Origin: Alphaproteobacteria bacterium
GTDB taxonomy: Bacteria > Pseudomonadota > Alphaproteobacteria > Bin95
Reading direction: 5' to 3'
Assembly (NCBI GenBank): GCA_964291285.2
Contig: OZ219785.1
Location: forward strand, 928,001-992,000
Length of the DNA: 64,000 nucleotides
In this document: positions 31,509 through 45,840 of the stretch, in pieces
Position numbering within the stretch: position 1 is the first letter of the stretch
How the letters are laid out: each line of letters starts with the position of its first letter
Program-made: the position numbers and the translations under genes
The notes under the pieces: model-generated
What the model saw: the letters and a program-made list of their open reading frames with translations, nothing else
Told to the model about the DNA's origin: nothing
Database searches by the model: none

Positions 31509-32318
31509 ATGACGCAGCAAATTCCGGGGACGGTCAACGGGTCGGCCTTCGCCGTCGGCGGCTGGGAGGTCGATATCCTCGTCACCGGCTTTCCGGGCAA
31601 ATCCGTCCGCCACGGCTCGCTCGGCTGGAGCACCATCGCGCTCGTCCGGCGCGGCGGGAGGCTGGCGCTGGTGGACTGCGGCGCGTTCGGCCACCGCAAG
31701 CTGCTGATGGCGGAGCTCGAACGGCGCGGCCTCGGGCCTTCCGACATCACCGACCTGCTGCTGACCCACACCCATTACGACCATGCGGTCAACTGGGTGC
31801 TGTTCCCCAACGCGCGGGTGGCGGTGGGCGCGGTCGAGCTCGACTGGGCGCTCGGCGAGCCCTGGGGCCGGACGGTGGTGCCCGAGCTCTATGTGCGCGA
31901 GCTCGGCCTCTTCCCGAAGACGGAGCGGATCGCGGACGGCGGCGAGGTGTTCCCCGGCATCACCGCGCACCTGGCGCCGGGGCACACGCCGGGCTGCCTG
32001 GTGTTCCGTCTCGCCGGGGCGGAGCGCGACATCGTGTTCACGGGCGACGCCGCCAAGAACCGCGCGGAGCTCGTCTCCGGCGATGTGGACATGACCTGCG
32101 ACGCCGCCGTCTCGCGCGCCTCCATCGGGATGATCCACGGCCTCTGGCGCGCGCGGCCCGGCACGGTGCTGATTCCGGGCCACGACCTGCCGATGGTGCT
32201 GGACCGGGACGGCAGGCCCGCCTATCTCGGCCGGCGCGAGGCCGCCATCGACGCCTGGTTCGGCGACGGCATGGACGAGGTGACCCGCTTCCAGCTGACC
32301 CTTCAGGAGACGCCATGA
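31509..32318 (+). CDS. MBL-fold metallo-hydrolase
   Basis: THTHYDH, APGHTPG, TGDA and IPGHD. Confidence 0.9.
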   Translation: MTQQIPGTVNGSAFAVGGWEVDILVTGFPGKSVRHGSLGWSTIALVRRGGRLALVDCGAFGHRKLLMAELERRGLGPSDITDLLLTHTHYDHAVNWVLFPNARVAVGAVELDWALGEPWGRTVVPELYVRELGLFPKTERIADGGEVFPGITAHLAPGHTPGCLVFRLAGAERDIVFTGDAAKNRAELVSGDVDMTCDAAVSRASIGMIHGLWRARPGTVLIPGHDLPMVLDRDGRPAYLGRREAAIDAWFGDGMDEVTRFQLTLQETP

Positions 32319-33157
32319 CCCCGCTCCACCCCGAATTCGGCGTGCGGCTCGAAAGCCGTCCGATCAGCGCTCTCGATATCGACGAGGTGCGCGCGGCCAT
32401 CGACCGCTATTCCTTCGTGCATGTGCCGGGCGCGGCGGAGGGAGATGACGCGCATCTCGCCTTCACCCGGAAGCTGGGCGAGCCGGAGCCGAACCATGTC
32501 ACGCTCGGCCGGGAGGGGCGGATCGAGTATTTCGGCACCATCGGCAATGTGCTCCCCGACGGCACCGTTGCGGGCAACAGCCACAAGCGCACGATCTTCC
32601 AGACCGGCAACAATATGTGGCACTCCGATTCTTCCTTTCGCGCCGTGCCGTCCTTCGTCTCGATCATGTGCGCCTACGAGACCCCGGAGGAGGGCGGGGA
32701 GACGCTGTTCGTCAGCCAGCGCGCCGCGTGGGACAGGCTGGAGGAGGACGAGCAGGAACGGCTCGCCCCGCAGGTCTGCATCCACGACTATGTGTTCTCG
32801 CGTTCCAAGGTCGCGCCCGACGCGGTGACGCCCTCGCATGCCGCCTCGCTGCCGCCCGTGCGCCAGCGGCTGGTGCGCCGCAACCCGGCGAACGGCGCGC
32901 GCAACCTCTATGTCGGCTCGCATGCCCGCGAGATCGAAGGCTGGGCGTTCGAGGACAGCCGGGCGCTGCTGGACGGGCTGGTGGAGGAGATGACGGCCGG
33001 CGAGCATGTGCTGAGCCACCGCTGGCAGCCCGGCGACCTCGTGATCTGGGACAATCGCTGCCTGCTGCACCGGGGCGCGGGCTACGACGCCGACCGCTTC
33101 CGCCGCCGCATGCGCCAGACCCGTGTCACCGGCGCCGGCCCGACGCTGGAGGAGTAG
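32315..33157 (+). CDS. TauD/TfdA-family 2-oxoglutarate dioxygenase
   Basis: WHSDSSF, GGETLF and WDNRCLLHR. Confidence 0.92.
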   Translation: MTPLHPEFGVRLESRPISALDIDEVRAAIDRYSFVHVPGAAEGDDAHLAFTRKLGEPEPNHVTLGREGRIEYFGTIGNVLPDGTVAGNSHKRTIFQTGNNMWHSDSSFRAVPSFVSIMCAYETPEEGGETLFVSQRAAWDRLEEDEQERLAPQVCIHDYVFSRSKVAPDAVTPSHAASLPPVRQRLVRRNPANGARNLYVGSHAREIEGWAFEDSRALLDGLVEEMTAGEHVLSHRWQPGDLVIWDNRCLLHRGAGYDADRFRRRMRQTRVTGAGPTLEE

Positions 33158-33160
33158 CCG

Positions 33161-33664
33161 CTAGCCGGCTCCGTTCCGGTCCTGCCGGGTTCTCGCGAGC
33201 TTTTTCGCGACCTGCCGCTTCTCCCAGCCGTCGCCGAACAGGTTGACGACCTCGAACACGCCCAGGCCGTGGACGGCGAGCCCGACGCCCCAGCCGAACG
33301 CGGCCCATAGGAACCAGAGATAGTCCGGGCCGGTGAAGAGGTTGACGACGGCCAGTCCCGTTATGACGACGGCATACTGGATGGCGTGGGTGTAGAAGGA
33401 CCGGATATCCCGGACATACTCCATGGCCTTCTGTTCGTTTTCGGAGAGGTCCGGGAGGGGGTTGTCGGCGGCGCTTGTCATGTCTTGCCCGTTCCTGAGT
33501 GCGGAGAAGTCGGTTTCCAGAACGGCGGCGAGGCATTTGAGCGTCTCGGCGCTCGCATTCGCGCCGCGCTCGATACGCTGCAGGGTGCGCACGCTGACGC
33601 CCGCCATCGACGCCAGCTGCTCCTGGGAGAGCCCCCGTTCGATGCGCAGCTTCCGGACGATCAT
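33161..33664 (-). CDS. XRE-family HTH regulator fused to a 2TM membrane domain
   Basis: LSQEQLA..AGVSVRTLQRIE HTH plus two C-terminal TM helices (WFLWAAFGWGVGL). Confidence 0.88.
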   Translation of the reverse strand: MIVRKLRIERGLSQEQLASMAGVSVRTLQRIERGANASAETLKCLAAVLETDFSALRNGQDMTSAADNPLPDLSENEQKAMEYVRDIRSFYTHAIQYAVVITGLAVVNLFTGPDYLWFLWAAFGWGVGLAVHGLGVFEVVNLFGDGWEKRQVAKKLARTRQDRNGAG

Positions 33665-33783
33665 GGACGTCCCTCCCGCCGTTCGTGAGGACTGCTATGG
33701 CCTTTCCGCGCGCCGATGGCCACGACAGGAACCCGACATTTCCGCGACAGGGAGGCCCGCGCCCGCGAAACCCGGGAGCGGGG

Positions 33784-34617
33784 TTACGCCGGCGGGGCCG
33801 CCCAGGCGACGCCTTCGTGGCCCGGCACGAAGGCGTTGTTGGTGACCGCCGGGTTGCGGTTGACCAGCGGGCGCCCGTAGATCGGGTGGGTCATCGAGCG
33901 CACCTCATGCTCGATGCGGAACACCGGCTCGGCCGTTCCCGGATCGACGATGTCGAGGAAGCGGTACTGCCATTGGTTGCTTTCCTCGGACACCAGGCCG
34001 CGCTCGTCGAGCCAGCGGTGCGGGCCGGAAAAGTCGGCGACATAGATCGCGATATGGTGGCCGTCATAGTCGGGCTGCGCCTCGGCGGTCTCGACGAAGC
34101 GCAACTCCTGTCCGCGCCCCACCGAGGCATGGGCCACGCCGTCCCCGTCCACCCAGGCCGGCGTTCCCCAGACTTCCCGGTAGAAGGCGGCCGCGGCTTC
34201 CGCAGCGCCCTCGGGCACGTCGAAGGCGACATAGTCCATGGCGAGCGTCCGCCCCGAGCGCGGCCCGTGGATGCGGATGCGGTTGCCCCAGGGGCAGGCC
34301 GTGTCGATATGCCCGCCCTCCCGCTCGCCGGGCACGCCGGCGGCGTCGAGACGGGCCTCCAGCGCATCGAGGTCCGGCATGACCAGGCCTGTCCGGCCCC
34401 GGAGGCGCTGCGGCTCGCCGACCGGCAGGTGGAACTGGCTCTGCCCGACATTGATCCACATATTGTTCGTGCCGGTGACCAGGTAGGGGTCGCGCGTCAG
34501 CCCGAGCGCGGTGACGTAGAAGTCCGTCGCGCGCACCTGGTCCGGCACCCGGACATTGACATGCTCCAGCGCGACGATATTGCCGACATCCTCGCCGGCG
34601 CGGTCGAATTGCCTCAT
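33784..34617 (-). CDS. Glyoxalase/VOC-like protein
   Basis: LEHVNV, FYVTALGL, QFHLP and HHIAIY. Confidence 0.75.
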   Translation of the reverse strand: MRQFDRAGEDVGNIVALEHVNVRVPDQVRATDFYVTALGLTRDPYLVTGTNNMWINVGQSQFHLPVGEPQRLRGRTGLVMPDLDALEARLDAAGVPGEREGGHIDTACPWGNRIRIHGPRSGRTLAMDYVAFDVPEGAAEAAAAFYREVWGTPAWVDGDGVAHASVGRGQELRFVETAEAQPDYDGHHIAIYVADFSGPHRWLDERGLVSEESNQWQYRFLDIVDPGTAEPVFRIEHEVRSMTHPIYGRPLVNRNPAVTNNAFVPGHEGVAWAAPPA

Positions 34618-34697
34618 GGCGCGGGCCCTTTCCCGGTCGGTTGCAATGCGGGCGCCGGCCTGCACGGCGAGGCCCGCTTCAGCGAGGCGGGACGGCC

Positions 34698-36395
34698 TCA
34701 GCCGTTTCCGCCCGCCGCCTCGCGCTTTGCTGCCTCTTCGGCGACCAGCTCCTTCTTGGAGAGCTTGCCGATCATCGTCTTGGGCAGCTCGTCGCGGAAC
34801 TCGATGTGCTTCGGCTGCTCGTGGCGGCCGAGCTTGTCGCCGAGGAACTCCCGCAGCCCGTCCGCGTCCAGCGCCTGGCCCTCGCCGAGCTTGACGAACG
34901 CCTTGACCGCCTCGCCCGTATAGTCGTCCGGCACGCCGATGACGGTGACCTCCTCGACCGCGGGATGGCGGTAGATCGCCTCCTCGACATTGCGCGGGAA
35001 GACGTTGTAGCCGCTCACCAGCACGAGGTCCTTCTTGCGGTCGATGATGAACAGGTAGCCGTCCTCGTCCAGGTGCCCGACATCGCCCGTGCGCAGCCGG
35101 CCTTCGACAATGGTCTCGGCGGTCGCATCCTCGCGGCGCCAGTAGCCCTTCATCACCTGCGGGCCGGAGATGCAGATCTCCCCGTCCTCGCCCTGCGCCA
35201 GCACCTTCAGCGGGTCCTCCTTGTCGACGATGGTGATCGTCGTGCCGGGCACGGGCAGGCCGACCGAGCTTTCCTTGTTGACGCCGTCGAAGGGGTTGGA
35301 CGCGGCGATCGGCGCGGACTCCGTCAGCCCGTAGCCCTCGACCAGCTTGCACCCCGAGAGCTCCTCGAAGCGCCGCTTGATCTCCAGCGGCAGCGGCGCG
35401 CCGCCCGACATGCAGGTCTTGATCGAGGTGAGGTCGAAGCTGTCGAGCTTCGGGTGGTTGACGATGGCGGTGTACATGGTCGGCACGCCGGGAAAGAGCG
35501 TCGGCTTCTTCTTCGTCACGTCCTGCAGGACGGGATCGAGCTCGAAGCGCGGGCGCATGACGATCGAGCCGCCGACGGCGATGGTGAAGTTCATCACCAC
35601 CGACATCGCGAACACGTGGAAGAAGGGCAGCACGCCCATCATGCGCTCGCGGCCGTGCTCCACGTCCGGGTTCCAGAGCAGCGCCTGGTGGATGTTGGCG
35701 TGCAGGTTGGCGTGGGTGAGCATCGCGCCCTTCGGCACCCCGGTCGTGCCGCCGGTATATTGGAAGACGGCGACGTCCTCGCGCGGGTCGATTGCCGGCG
35801 GCTCGCCGCCGCCGTCATTGTCGAGCAGCCCCCGGAAGGCCATATGCTCCCCGTCGTCCGGCACCTTCGCAAGCTCGCTGCGCTTCAGCAGCGGGAAGAG
35901 CAGGTTCTTCGGGAAGGGCAGCACGTCCTGGAGCTGGCCGACGACCAGCCTGCGGATGCGCGTCTTCTTCAGCAGCGCCGCCATCTTGGGATAGAGCGCC
36001 GCGAGGCCGAGCGTCACCATGATGTCGGTCTCGGAGTCCTCGATCTGGTAGGCGAGTTCCTCCTCCGAATAGAGCGGGCTGTAGTTCACCACCGTGCCGC
36101 CCGCCTTGAGGATGCCGAAGAAGGCGACGACGAATTGCGGGCAGTTCGGCAGGAAGAGGCCGACCTTGACGCCCTTCTCCACGCCCAGCGCGCGGAACCC
36201 GGCGGCGGCGCGGTCCACCATCGCCCCGAGTTCGGCGTAGCTGTACGTCTTGCCGAGGAAGTCCATCGCCTCGTTCTGCGGGAAGCGCCGGACGGATCCG
36301 TCCAGGATCGCGAAGAGCGGCCCTTCCGGGATCTCCGCGTCCCACTTCACATGGTCGGGGTAGCTCGCGAGCCACGGATGCCGGTCGCCTGCCAT
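34698..36395 (-). CDS. Long-chain fatty acid-CoA ligase
   Basis: QYTGGTTGVPKG, EGYGLTE, RTGDVG and PKTMIGK. Confidence 0.93.
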   Translation of the reverse strand: MAGDRHPWLASYPDHVKWDAEIPEGPLFAILDGSVRRFPQNEAMDFLGKTYSYAELGAMVDRAAAGFRALGVEKGVKVGLFLPNCPQFVVAFFGILKAGGTVVNYSPLYSEEELAYQIEDSETDIMVTLGLAALYPKMAALLKKTRIRRLVVGQLQDVLPFPKNLLFPLLKRSELAKVPDDGEHMAFRGLLDNDGGGEPPAIDPREDVAVFQYTGGTTGVPKGAMLTHANLHANIHQALLWNPDVEHGRERMMGVLPFFHVFAMSVVMNFTIAVGGSIVMRPRFELDPVLQDVTKKKPTLFPGVPTMYTAIVNHPKLDSFDLTSIKTCMSGGAPLPLEIKRRFEELSGCKLVEGYGLTESAPIAASNPFDGVNKESSVGLPVPGTTITIVDKEDPLKVLAQGEDGEICISGPQVMKGYWRREDATAETIVEGRLRTGDVGHLDEDGYLFIIDRKKDLVLVSGYNVFPRNVEEAIYRHPAVEEVTVIGVPDDYTGEAVKAFVKLGEGQALDADGLREFLGDKLGRHEQPKHIEFRDELPKTMIGKLSKKELVAEEAAKREAAGGNG

Positions 36396-36476
36396 GTTCT
36401 CTCTCCCCGGCGGCTGTGGAAAAGGCTCCGCGATGTTAGCCCGGTGCCCGCCGCTTGTCATGCCGCCCAGCCGGGA

Positions 36477-37310
36477 TCACCGCCGCATGTAGCCGGCGAC
36501 CTCCGGGGACGACATGACCTCGTCGACATAGGAGAAAGTGCCCTTCTCCGTCACCTCGGCAACCGCCGCGACGACGCCGCTCATCGCCGCCCGGTACAAC
36601 GACGTCGCGAGGCTGATGCGCCGCACGCCTGCCGCCGCGAGATCGGCCACGGGGAAGGACCTGCCGGCAACGCCCACCATGAAATTGACCGGCTTCGACA
36701 CGGCGCGGCACACCGCGTCGACCGCCGCGATGTCCGGCAATGCCGGCGCCATCAGGACATCGGCCCCGGCGCGCTCGTAGGCCTGCAGCCGGGCGATGAC
36801 CTCGTCGAGGTCCGGAAGGCCGCGGATGAAACATTCGCTCCGCGCCGTCAGCACGAATCGGAAGCCGGCCGACCGGGCGGCCTCGGCCGCCGCGGCGATG
36901 CGTTCCGCGGCCAGGGCGCGGTCGTAGAACGGGTTGGCCATGTCGCCGGTGAAATCCTCGATCGTGCATCCGGCCAGACCCGCTTCGGCCGCCAGCGCCA
37001 CGGTTTTCGCCGCCTCCTCCGGTTCGTGGCCGAAACCGTTCTCCAGATCGGCTGAAACCGGCAGGTCGACCGCCTCAACGACGGCGCGCGCATGGTCCAG
37101 CGCCTCGTCGCGGGTGACCTCGCCGTCGCACCGGCCGAGGGTGCCTGCGAATCCGCCGCTCGTCGTTCCCAGCGCCTCGAATCCCAGGCCGGCCAGGATG
37201 CGGGCCGAGCCGGCATCGAACGCGTTTGCAAGGATGAAGGGCTCTGCGCCCCGGTGCAGGGCGTGGAAGCGCTCGGCCTTTTCGGCCTGGGTGGGCGTGA
37301 CCTCGGGCAT
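36477..37310 (-). CDS. Isocitrate lyase/PEP mutase family protein
   Basis: NAFDAGSAR, TTSGG, VSADLENGFG, TIED and LTARSE. Confidence 0.9.
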   Translation of the reverse strand: MPEVTPTQAEKAERFHALHRGAEPFILANAFDAGSARILAGLGFEALGTTSGGFAGTLGRCDGEVTRDEALDHARAVVEAVDLPVSADLENGFGHEPEEAAKTVALAAEAGLAGCTIEDFTGDMANPFYDRALAAERIAAAAEAARSAGFRFVLTARSECFIRGLPDLDEVIARLQAYERAGADVLMAPALPDIAAVDAVCRAVSKPVNFMVGVAGRSFPVADLAAAGVRRISLATSLYRAAMSGVVAAVAEVTEKGTFSYVDEVMSSPEVAGYMRR

Positions 37311-37371
37311 GGATGCGGCACTCCCAGCAGAAAACCGGCCCCGGCGATGCTGGGGGTCCGATACCCCTCTG

Positions 37372-39084
<1,713 letters not shown>

Positions 39085-39242
39085 ATCATGTGCTCCGGCA
39101 TGTGCTCCGGTCCGGGGGCCGGTTGCCCGGCGAGTGTATCCCCGCGCCGGCGAAAATGCTGCCGCATTCATCGGGCCGGCTGGGGATGGCGGCCGCCCGC
39201 ATTTCGGCCTCGCGCCGGCCGCCGGGACAGGAACACCGGTCG

Positions 39243-39730
39243 AACATGTCATGGGATGTCATGTTTTGTCATGCGGGCCCGGCAGGACCCCCCTGCGATA
39301 TGTCATGAGATGTCATGATCCGCATGCGCAGGGCGCATACCCTGCATCCCGTTCGGGCATGGGCTCCGGATATTCCATCCGGTTTCCCCGGCTTCGCGTC
39401 GTCGGCATGGGCCTGTCCTTTCGATCCGTCTCCATTCCATTCTTCCCGCCTTCCGGTTGCCGGAGCGGCGGGACCCTGTTTCGCGCGTATCGCGGGCGGG
39501 CGCGGGCGCGCGTCGGCGCCGGCGCGGTTCGCGCGCCTGATTGCGCGCGCGAGGCAGAGGGCGCACTTCTCCCGTGCGTTTCACAGGGGTTTTCGAAAAT
39601 GGCGCCGTCCGGCCGCGCGGCGCCGGAGAAACGGCTCCGGACACCGCTTCTCCCGGCTTCATATAAGCTTATTTTCCCCGATGTCAAGCGATTTCAGAAA
39701 CAAAAAGTAAAAACACCAGAAATTTTTCAT
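39243..39730 (-). repeat. Dispersed intergenic element, copy 2
   Basis: 56-bp core 39512-39567; CTTGAC at 39688-39683 with TTATAT 16 nt downstream; GTCATG at 39248, 39258, 39268, 39302 and 39312. Confidence 0.9.
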
Positions 39731-39806
39731 GCCGCCAGGACGCTCGACCGAGGACCCGTACCGGCGGTCGTCGATCGGAACCCGTGCCGATTACCTCCGG
39801 GCCGCC

Positions 39807-39850
39807 CTCAGAAGCGGTAGAACAGGGCATCCAGTTCCTCCGGGCCCTTT
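39807..39850 (-). repeat. Diverged copy of the asparaginase 3' end (direct repeat of 41222-41265)
   Basis: Reads KGPEELDALFYRF* versus KDPEELQALFYRF*; 22 bp identical. Confidence 0.85.
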
Positions 39851-39853
39851 GGT

Positions 39854-41044
39854 TCACTCGACCAGCGGTCCCTCGTCATAGGGCCAGTAATCTTCCGGTT
39901 CAAAGACGTCGATCTCGCCAAGATCAATGTCATAGTCTTTGGTGCTAATCTCAACATCTACAAATGTAATATTTTCCTCTTCGGCTCCCTGATCTTGGAC
40001 ATAAACGGTGATAATTGCCTCAGTATCTATCTCTTCGCTAATCTCTATTGTCCGCCCTCCCATAGATACGTATTCCTTATCAACGCTATCCCAGAACAAA
40101 AAATTTATTTCAATTGGAATTTTCACAATTAGGACTAACGGCAAGCTCACGACCAGTCTAAGGTCTTCCTTTTCCGCCCGAGATTCGAATTCGATAATGT
40201 CTATCTGGTCTTCAAGTGGCAAAGCGACGCTCTCAAGCTCCCCTGCCCACACATGCAACTCGCATTCACCGATGGACGGGATGGCATTTGCTCTGATTTC
40301 GATTAACTCCACACTGCTGGCCAAATGCGATCTTAACTTCAAGGGTTCGTTGGCTTCATCCTCGAGCCAACCAAGAATGGACTTCCTCAAAACCGGCGGT
40401 GCATTAGCTACAAGGGCGAGTGCTCGTTCAATGTCTCGTACGAGATAAAGTCGCTCTGAACTGCTACAAAATTTACTCCAATCACCATCCTTTGAGACCA
40501 CTAAAATCCCGAGACTGTGGTCCATTGCTGTGCGTTCAAGAGCCTTGAGAGCAAGCGCATCAGGAAATTCGTTCTTCTTCTTACCGGTCCCGAATGGAGG
40601 TTGCCCCGAAAAGTAATCTTCGAAGAGCGTTGCGGTATCTACAAGCTCTCTATCGTTCAATATCTCGCAATTTGCATCTTTTATATAATTGTCAAACTGC
40701 TCCTGCGCTGCTTGTTCTGGAGTACGACCTTTTGTTATCGTGTCCAAGATTTCATCTCTAGTAGGCTCCTTGGCTTCAAATGCTCGAAGCGCGAGATCGA
40801 CTCCATTATTTGCCGACTTCAATGCTTGAAAAACAGCATCCCTCAGGTGGTTAACCACCTCTATAGCGACAGTATCGGATAGCATAAAGCGGAATCCACG
40901 ATCACTTAGACGAGTGAGTGCTTGAAGCGTTCCAGAGTTAAGTTGCAGCTTCTTTTCATCAAATATGCATGTGTCTATCGTAAGGACATTAATGTTGCCT
41001 GCGGCGAGTCTAGTGCGAAGTTCGTTCTCACTAAGTATTGGCAT
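39854..41044 (-). CDS. PIN-domain protein (DUF4935/PIN_12-like)
   Basis: LTIDTCIFD, PPFGTGKKKNEFPDA and VVSKDGDW; low GC. Confidence 0.8.
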   Translation of the reverse strand: MPILSENELRTRLAAGNINVLTIDTCIFDEKKLQLNSGTLQALTRLSDRGFRFMLSDTVAIEVVNHLRDAVFQALKSANNGVDLALRAFEAKEPTRDEILDTITKGRTPEQAAQEQFDNYIKDANCEILNDRELVDTATLFEDYFSGQPPFGTGKKKNEFPDALALKALERTAMDHSLGILVVSKDGDWSKFCSSSERLYLVRDIERALALVANAPPVLRKSILGWLEDEANEPLKLRSHLASSVELIEIRANAIPSIGECELHVWAGELESVALPLEDQIDIIEFESRAEKEDLRLVVSLPLVLIVKIPIEINFLFWDSVDKEYVSMGGRTIEISEEIDTEAIITVYVQDQGAEEENITFVDVEISTKDYDIDLGEIDVFEPEDYWPYDEGPLVE

Positions 41045-41222
41045 GTGTATGGCCCATCAATTGAAGTTGGGTGGCCAACTAAGATACGAAGGCCGTTTGA
41101 AGGTAATGCAACTTAAACTCTCTTTGGTCGCCGGCCGAATGTCTGCCGGTTCATTCATCCTCGTTCGCACTGTCCGTCTTAGCAACAAGTCGGTGTTCCC
41201 GGTGCAAGGCGGTGCGCCGCGC

Positions 41223-42218
41223 TCAGAAGCGGTAGAACAGGGCCTGCAGTTCTTCGGGGTCCTTCGTCTTCGCGAGGCCGAGCATGAGGAGGATGCGGGC
41301 CTTCTGGACGGTGAGGTTGTCGGCCAGCACCGTGCCCTTCGGCCGGCGGCGCTCCAGCGGCACGAGGCGCCCGGCGCCGGCGCGGGTGCCCATGACGAAG
41401 ACCACGCCGCGCGCCATCACCTCTTCCATGACCTCGTGTTCCTCGGGCGTCGGGTTGCCGGGGGCGAGCGCCGCCATGACGATGCCCTCCGCGCCGAGAT
41501 CGGCCATGGCGCGCAGCACCGCGCCGTCCGAGCCGCCGTAGGAATAGGCGACCTCGACGCGCGGGAAGCGCGCCGGCAGGCCGAGTTCGCGCGCGGCCGC
41601 CGGCGCATGGACGCGCACCGGCCGGCGGTAGATCGCGACCCGGTCCTCGTCGGCATGGCCGAGCACGCCGAAATCGGGCGCCTTGAAGGTCTGCGCGCGG
41701 GCGCTGTGCGTCTTGGTGACCTCGCGCGCGGCGTGGATCTCGTCGTTGAGCACCGTCAGCACGCCCATGCCGCGCGCTTCCGGCGCGCCGGCGACGCGCA
41801 CCGCGTTCAGGAGGTTGAGGAAGGCGTCGGTCGAGAGCCCCGAGGCCGGGCGCTGCGCCCCCACCAGCACCACCGTCTTCTCCGTCTCGACCGTGAGGTT
41901 GAGGAAATAGGCGGTCTCTTCCAGCGTCGCCGTGCCGTGGGTGATGGCGATGCCGTCCACTTCCGGGCGGGCGGCGGTCTCGTGGACGATGGCGAGCAGC
42001 TCCGGCCAGACGGCGGGGCCCATCGCGGTCGAAGGAATGGCGCGGAACGGCACCGGCACGATCTCCGCCACCCGGTCGAGTTCCGGCACCCTGGCGATCA
42101 GGTCCCCGACCTCCATCACCGTGGCATGGTCCACATAGGTGGCGAGTTCGAGGCTGTGGTGCCCCAGCGAGGAAATCGTGCCGCCGGTGCCGATCACCGC
42201 GACGGTCGGGCGCGCCAT
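41223..42218 (-). CDS. L-asparaginase family protein
   Basis: GTGGTIS, ITHGTATLEETAY, VGAQRP and QKARILL. Confidence 0.93.
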   Translation of the reverse strand: MARPTVAVIGTGGTISSLGHHSLELATYVDHATVMEVGDLIARVPELDRVAEIVPVPFRAIPSTAMGPAVWPELLAIVHETAARPEVDGIAITHGTATLEETAYFLNLTVETEKTVVLVGAQRPASGLSTDAFLNLLNAVRVAGAPEARGMGVLTVLNDEIHAAREVTKTHSARAQTFKAPDFGVLGHADEDRVAIYRRPVRVHAPAAARELGLPARFPRVEVAYSYGGSDGAVLRAMADLGAEGIVMAALAPGNPTPEEHEVMEEVMARGVVFVMGTRAGAGRLVPLERRRPKGTVLADNLTVQKARILLMLGLAKTKDPEELQALFYRF

Positions 42219-42238
42219 GTGCTTGCCTCCCTGTCAGG

Positions 42239-44908
<2,670 letters not shown>

Positions 44909-45042
44909 GATGCGAAAGCCTCCAGACTGCCGAAATCCACGCAGGCCGGGGTTTACACCCGAATGCGGGGGCAAGCAAAGGGCCGGGGGGCAAAGCGGGT
45001 TCGGGCGGGACGGCGCTTGCAGGCGGCGCATCCTGTTGGCGA

Positions 45043-45060
45043 TATAGCAAACATGCTATA
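45043..45060. promoter_or_regulatory. Palindromic operator of the TA operon
   Basis: TATAGCA-AACA-TGCTATA perfect inverted repeat just upstream of the toxin RBS. Confidence 0.65.
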
Positions 45061-45071
45061 AAGGACGTGCC

Positions 45072-45398
45072 ATGGAATGGACCGTGGAAACCCTCAACGG
45101 GACCGTGGACGACGAATTGCGCGCGTTGCCCGCCGACATGCGCGCGCGGTTCGTCCGAATCTGCGGGCTGATTACCGCCGTCGGCCTCGAACGCATGGGC
45201 GCGCCGCATGTCAGGCATCTCACAGGGCCGCTTTGGGAGATGCGAATGACCGGCCGGGACGGGATATCGAGGGCGCTCTATGTCACGGTTCGGGACAGAC
45301 GGGTGGTGGTCGTGCGGGTATTCGTGAAGAAGACCCGGCGAACGCCGGACCGGGAGATTGCATTGGCGCTGCGGCGCGCCGGGGAGATACTGGAATGA
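45072..45398 (+). CDS. Type II toxin, RelE/ParE (HigB/Gp49-like) family
   Basis: PHVRHL.GPLWEMR, RALY and FVKKTRRTP; toxin-first order. Confidence 0.88.
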   Translation: MEWTVETLNGTVDDELRALPADMRARFVRICGLITAVGLERMGAPHVRHLTGPLWEMRMTGRDGISRALYVTVRDRRVVVVRVFVKKTRRTPDREIALALRRAGEILE

Positions 45399-45688
45399 CC
45401 GAGATATCGGAACTCCACAGGGAGTGGAGCGCGGACCCGGAATACCGGGAAGCGTATGAGCGTCTCGCCCCGGAGTTTGCGTTGGCGCGCACGCTCATCG
45501 AGGCCCGCCGGGATGCGGGACTGACCCAGGCCCAATTGGCCGACCGCATGGAAACGACCCAGTCGGTTGTAGCCCGCCTTGAGAGCGGGCGCATCAACCC
45601 GTCCACCCGGACGCTGGAAAAGGTCGCCATGGCGACGGGCACCCGGCTGCGAATCAGTTTCGAGCGGATAAAAATGCAGGCCGGCTGA
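45395..45688 (+). CDS. HTH-XRE antitoxin (HigA-like)
   Basis: ATGA overlap with the toxin; AGLTQAQLA..METTQSVVARLESG. Confidence 0.88.
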   Translation: MTEISELHREWSADPEYREAYERLAPEFALARTLIEARRDAGLTQAQLADRMETTQSVVARLESGRINPSTRTLEKVAMATGTRLRISFERIKMQAG

Positions 45689-45840
45689 TGGCCTTCCCCG
45701 GCACCTACACCCCGCCTGCCAAACGAGGCCCCACCTCCAAGCCGCCGACACCCCGGAATGCAATTGCGTCCCGCCGATTGCGGTTGGGTCTTGGCAGCCG
45801 TTTGACATGCAGTCTGTGCCGATAGGAGTATCTATCCGTG

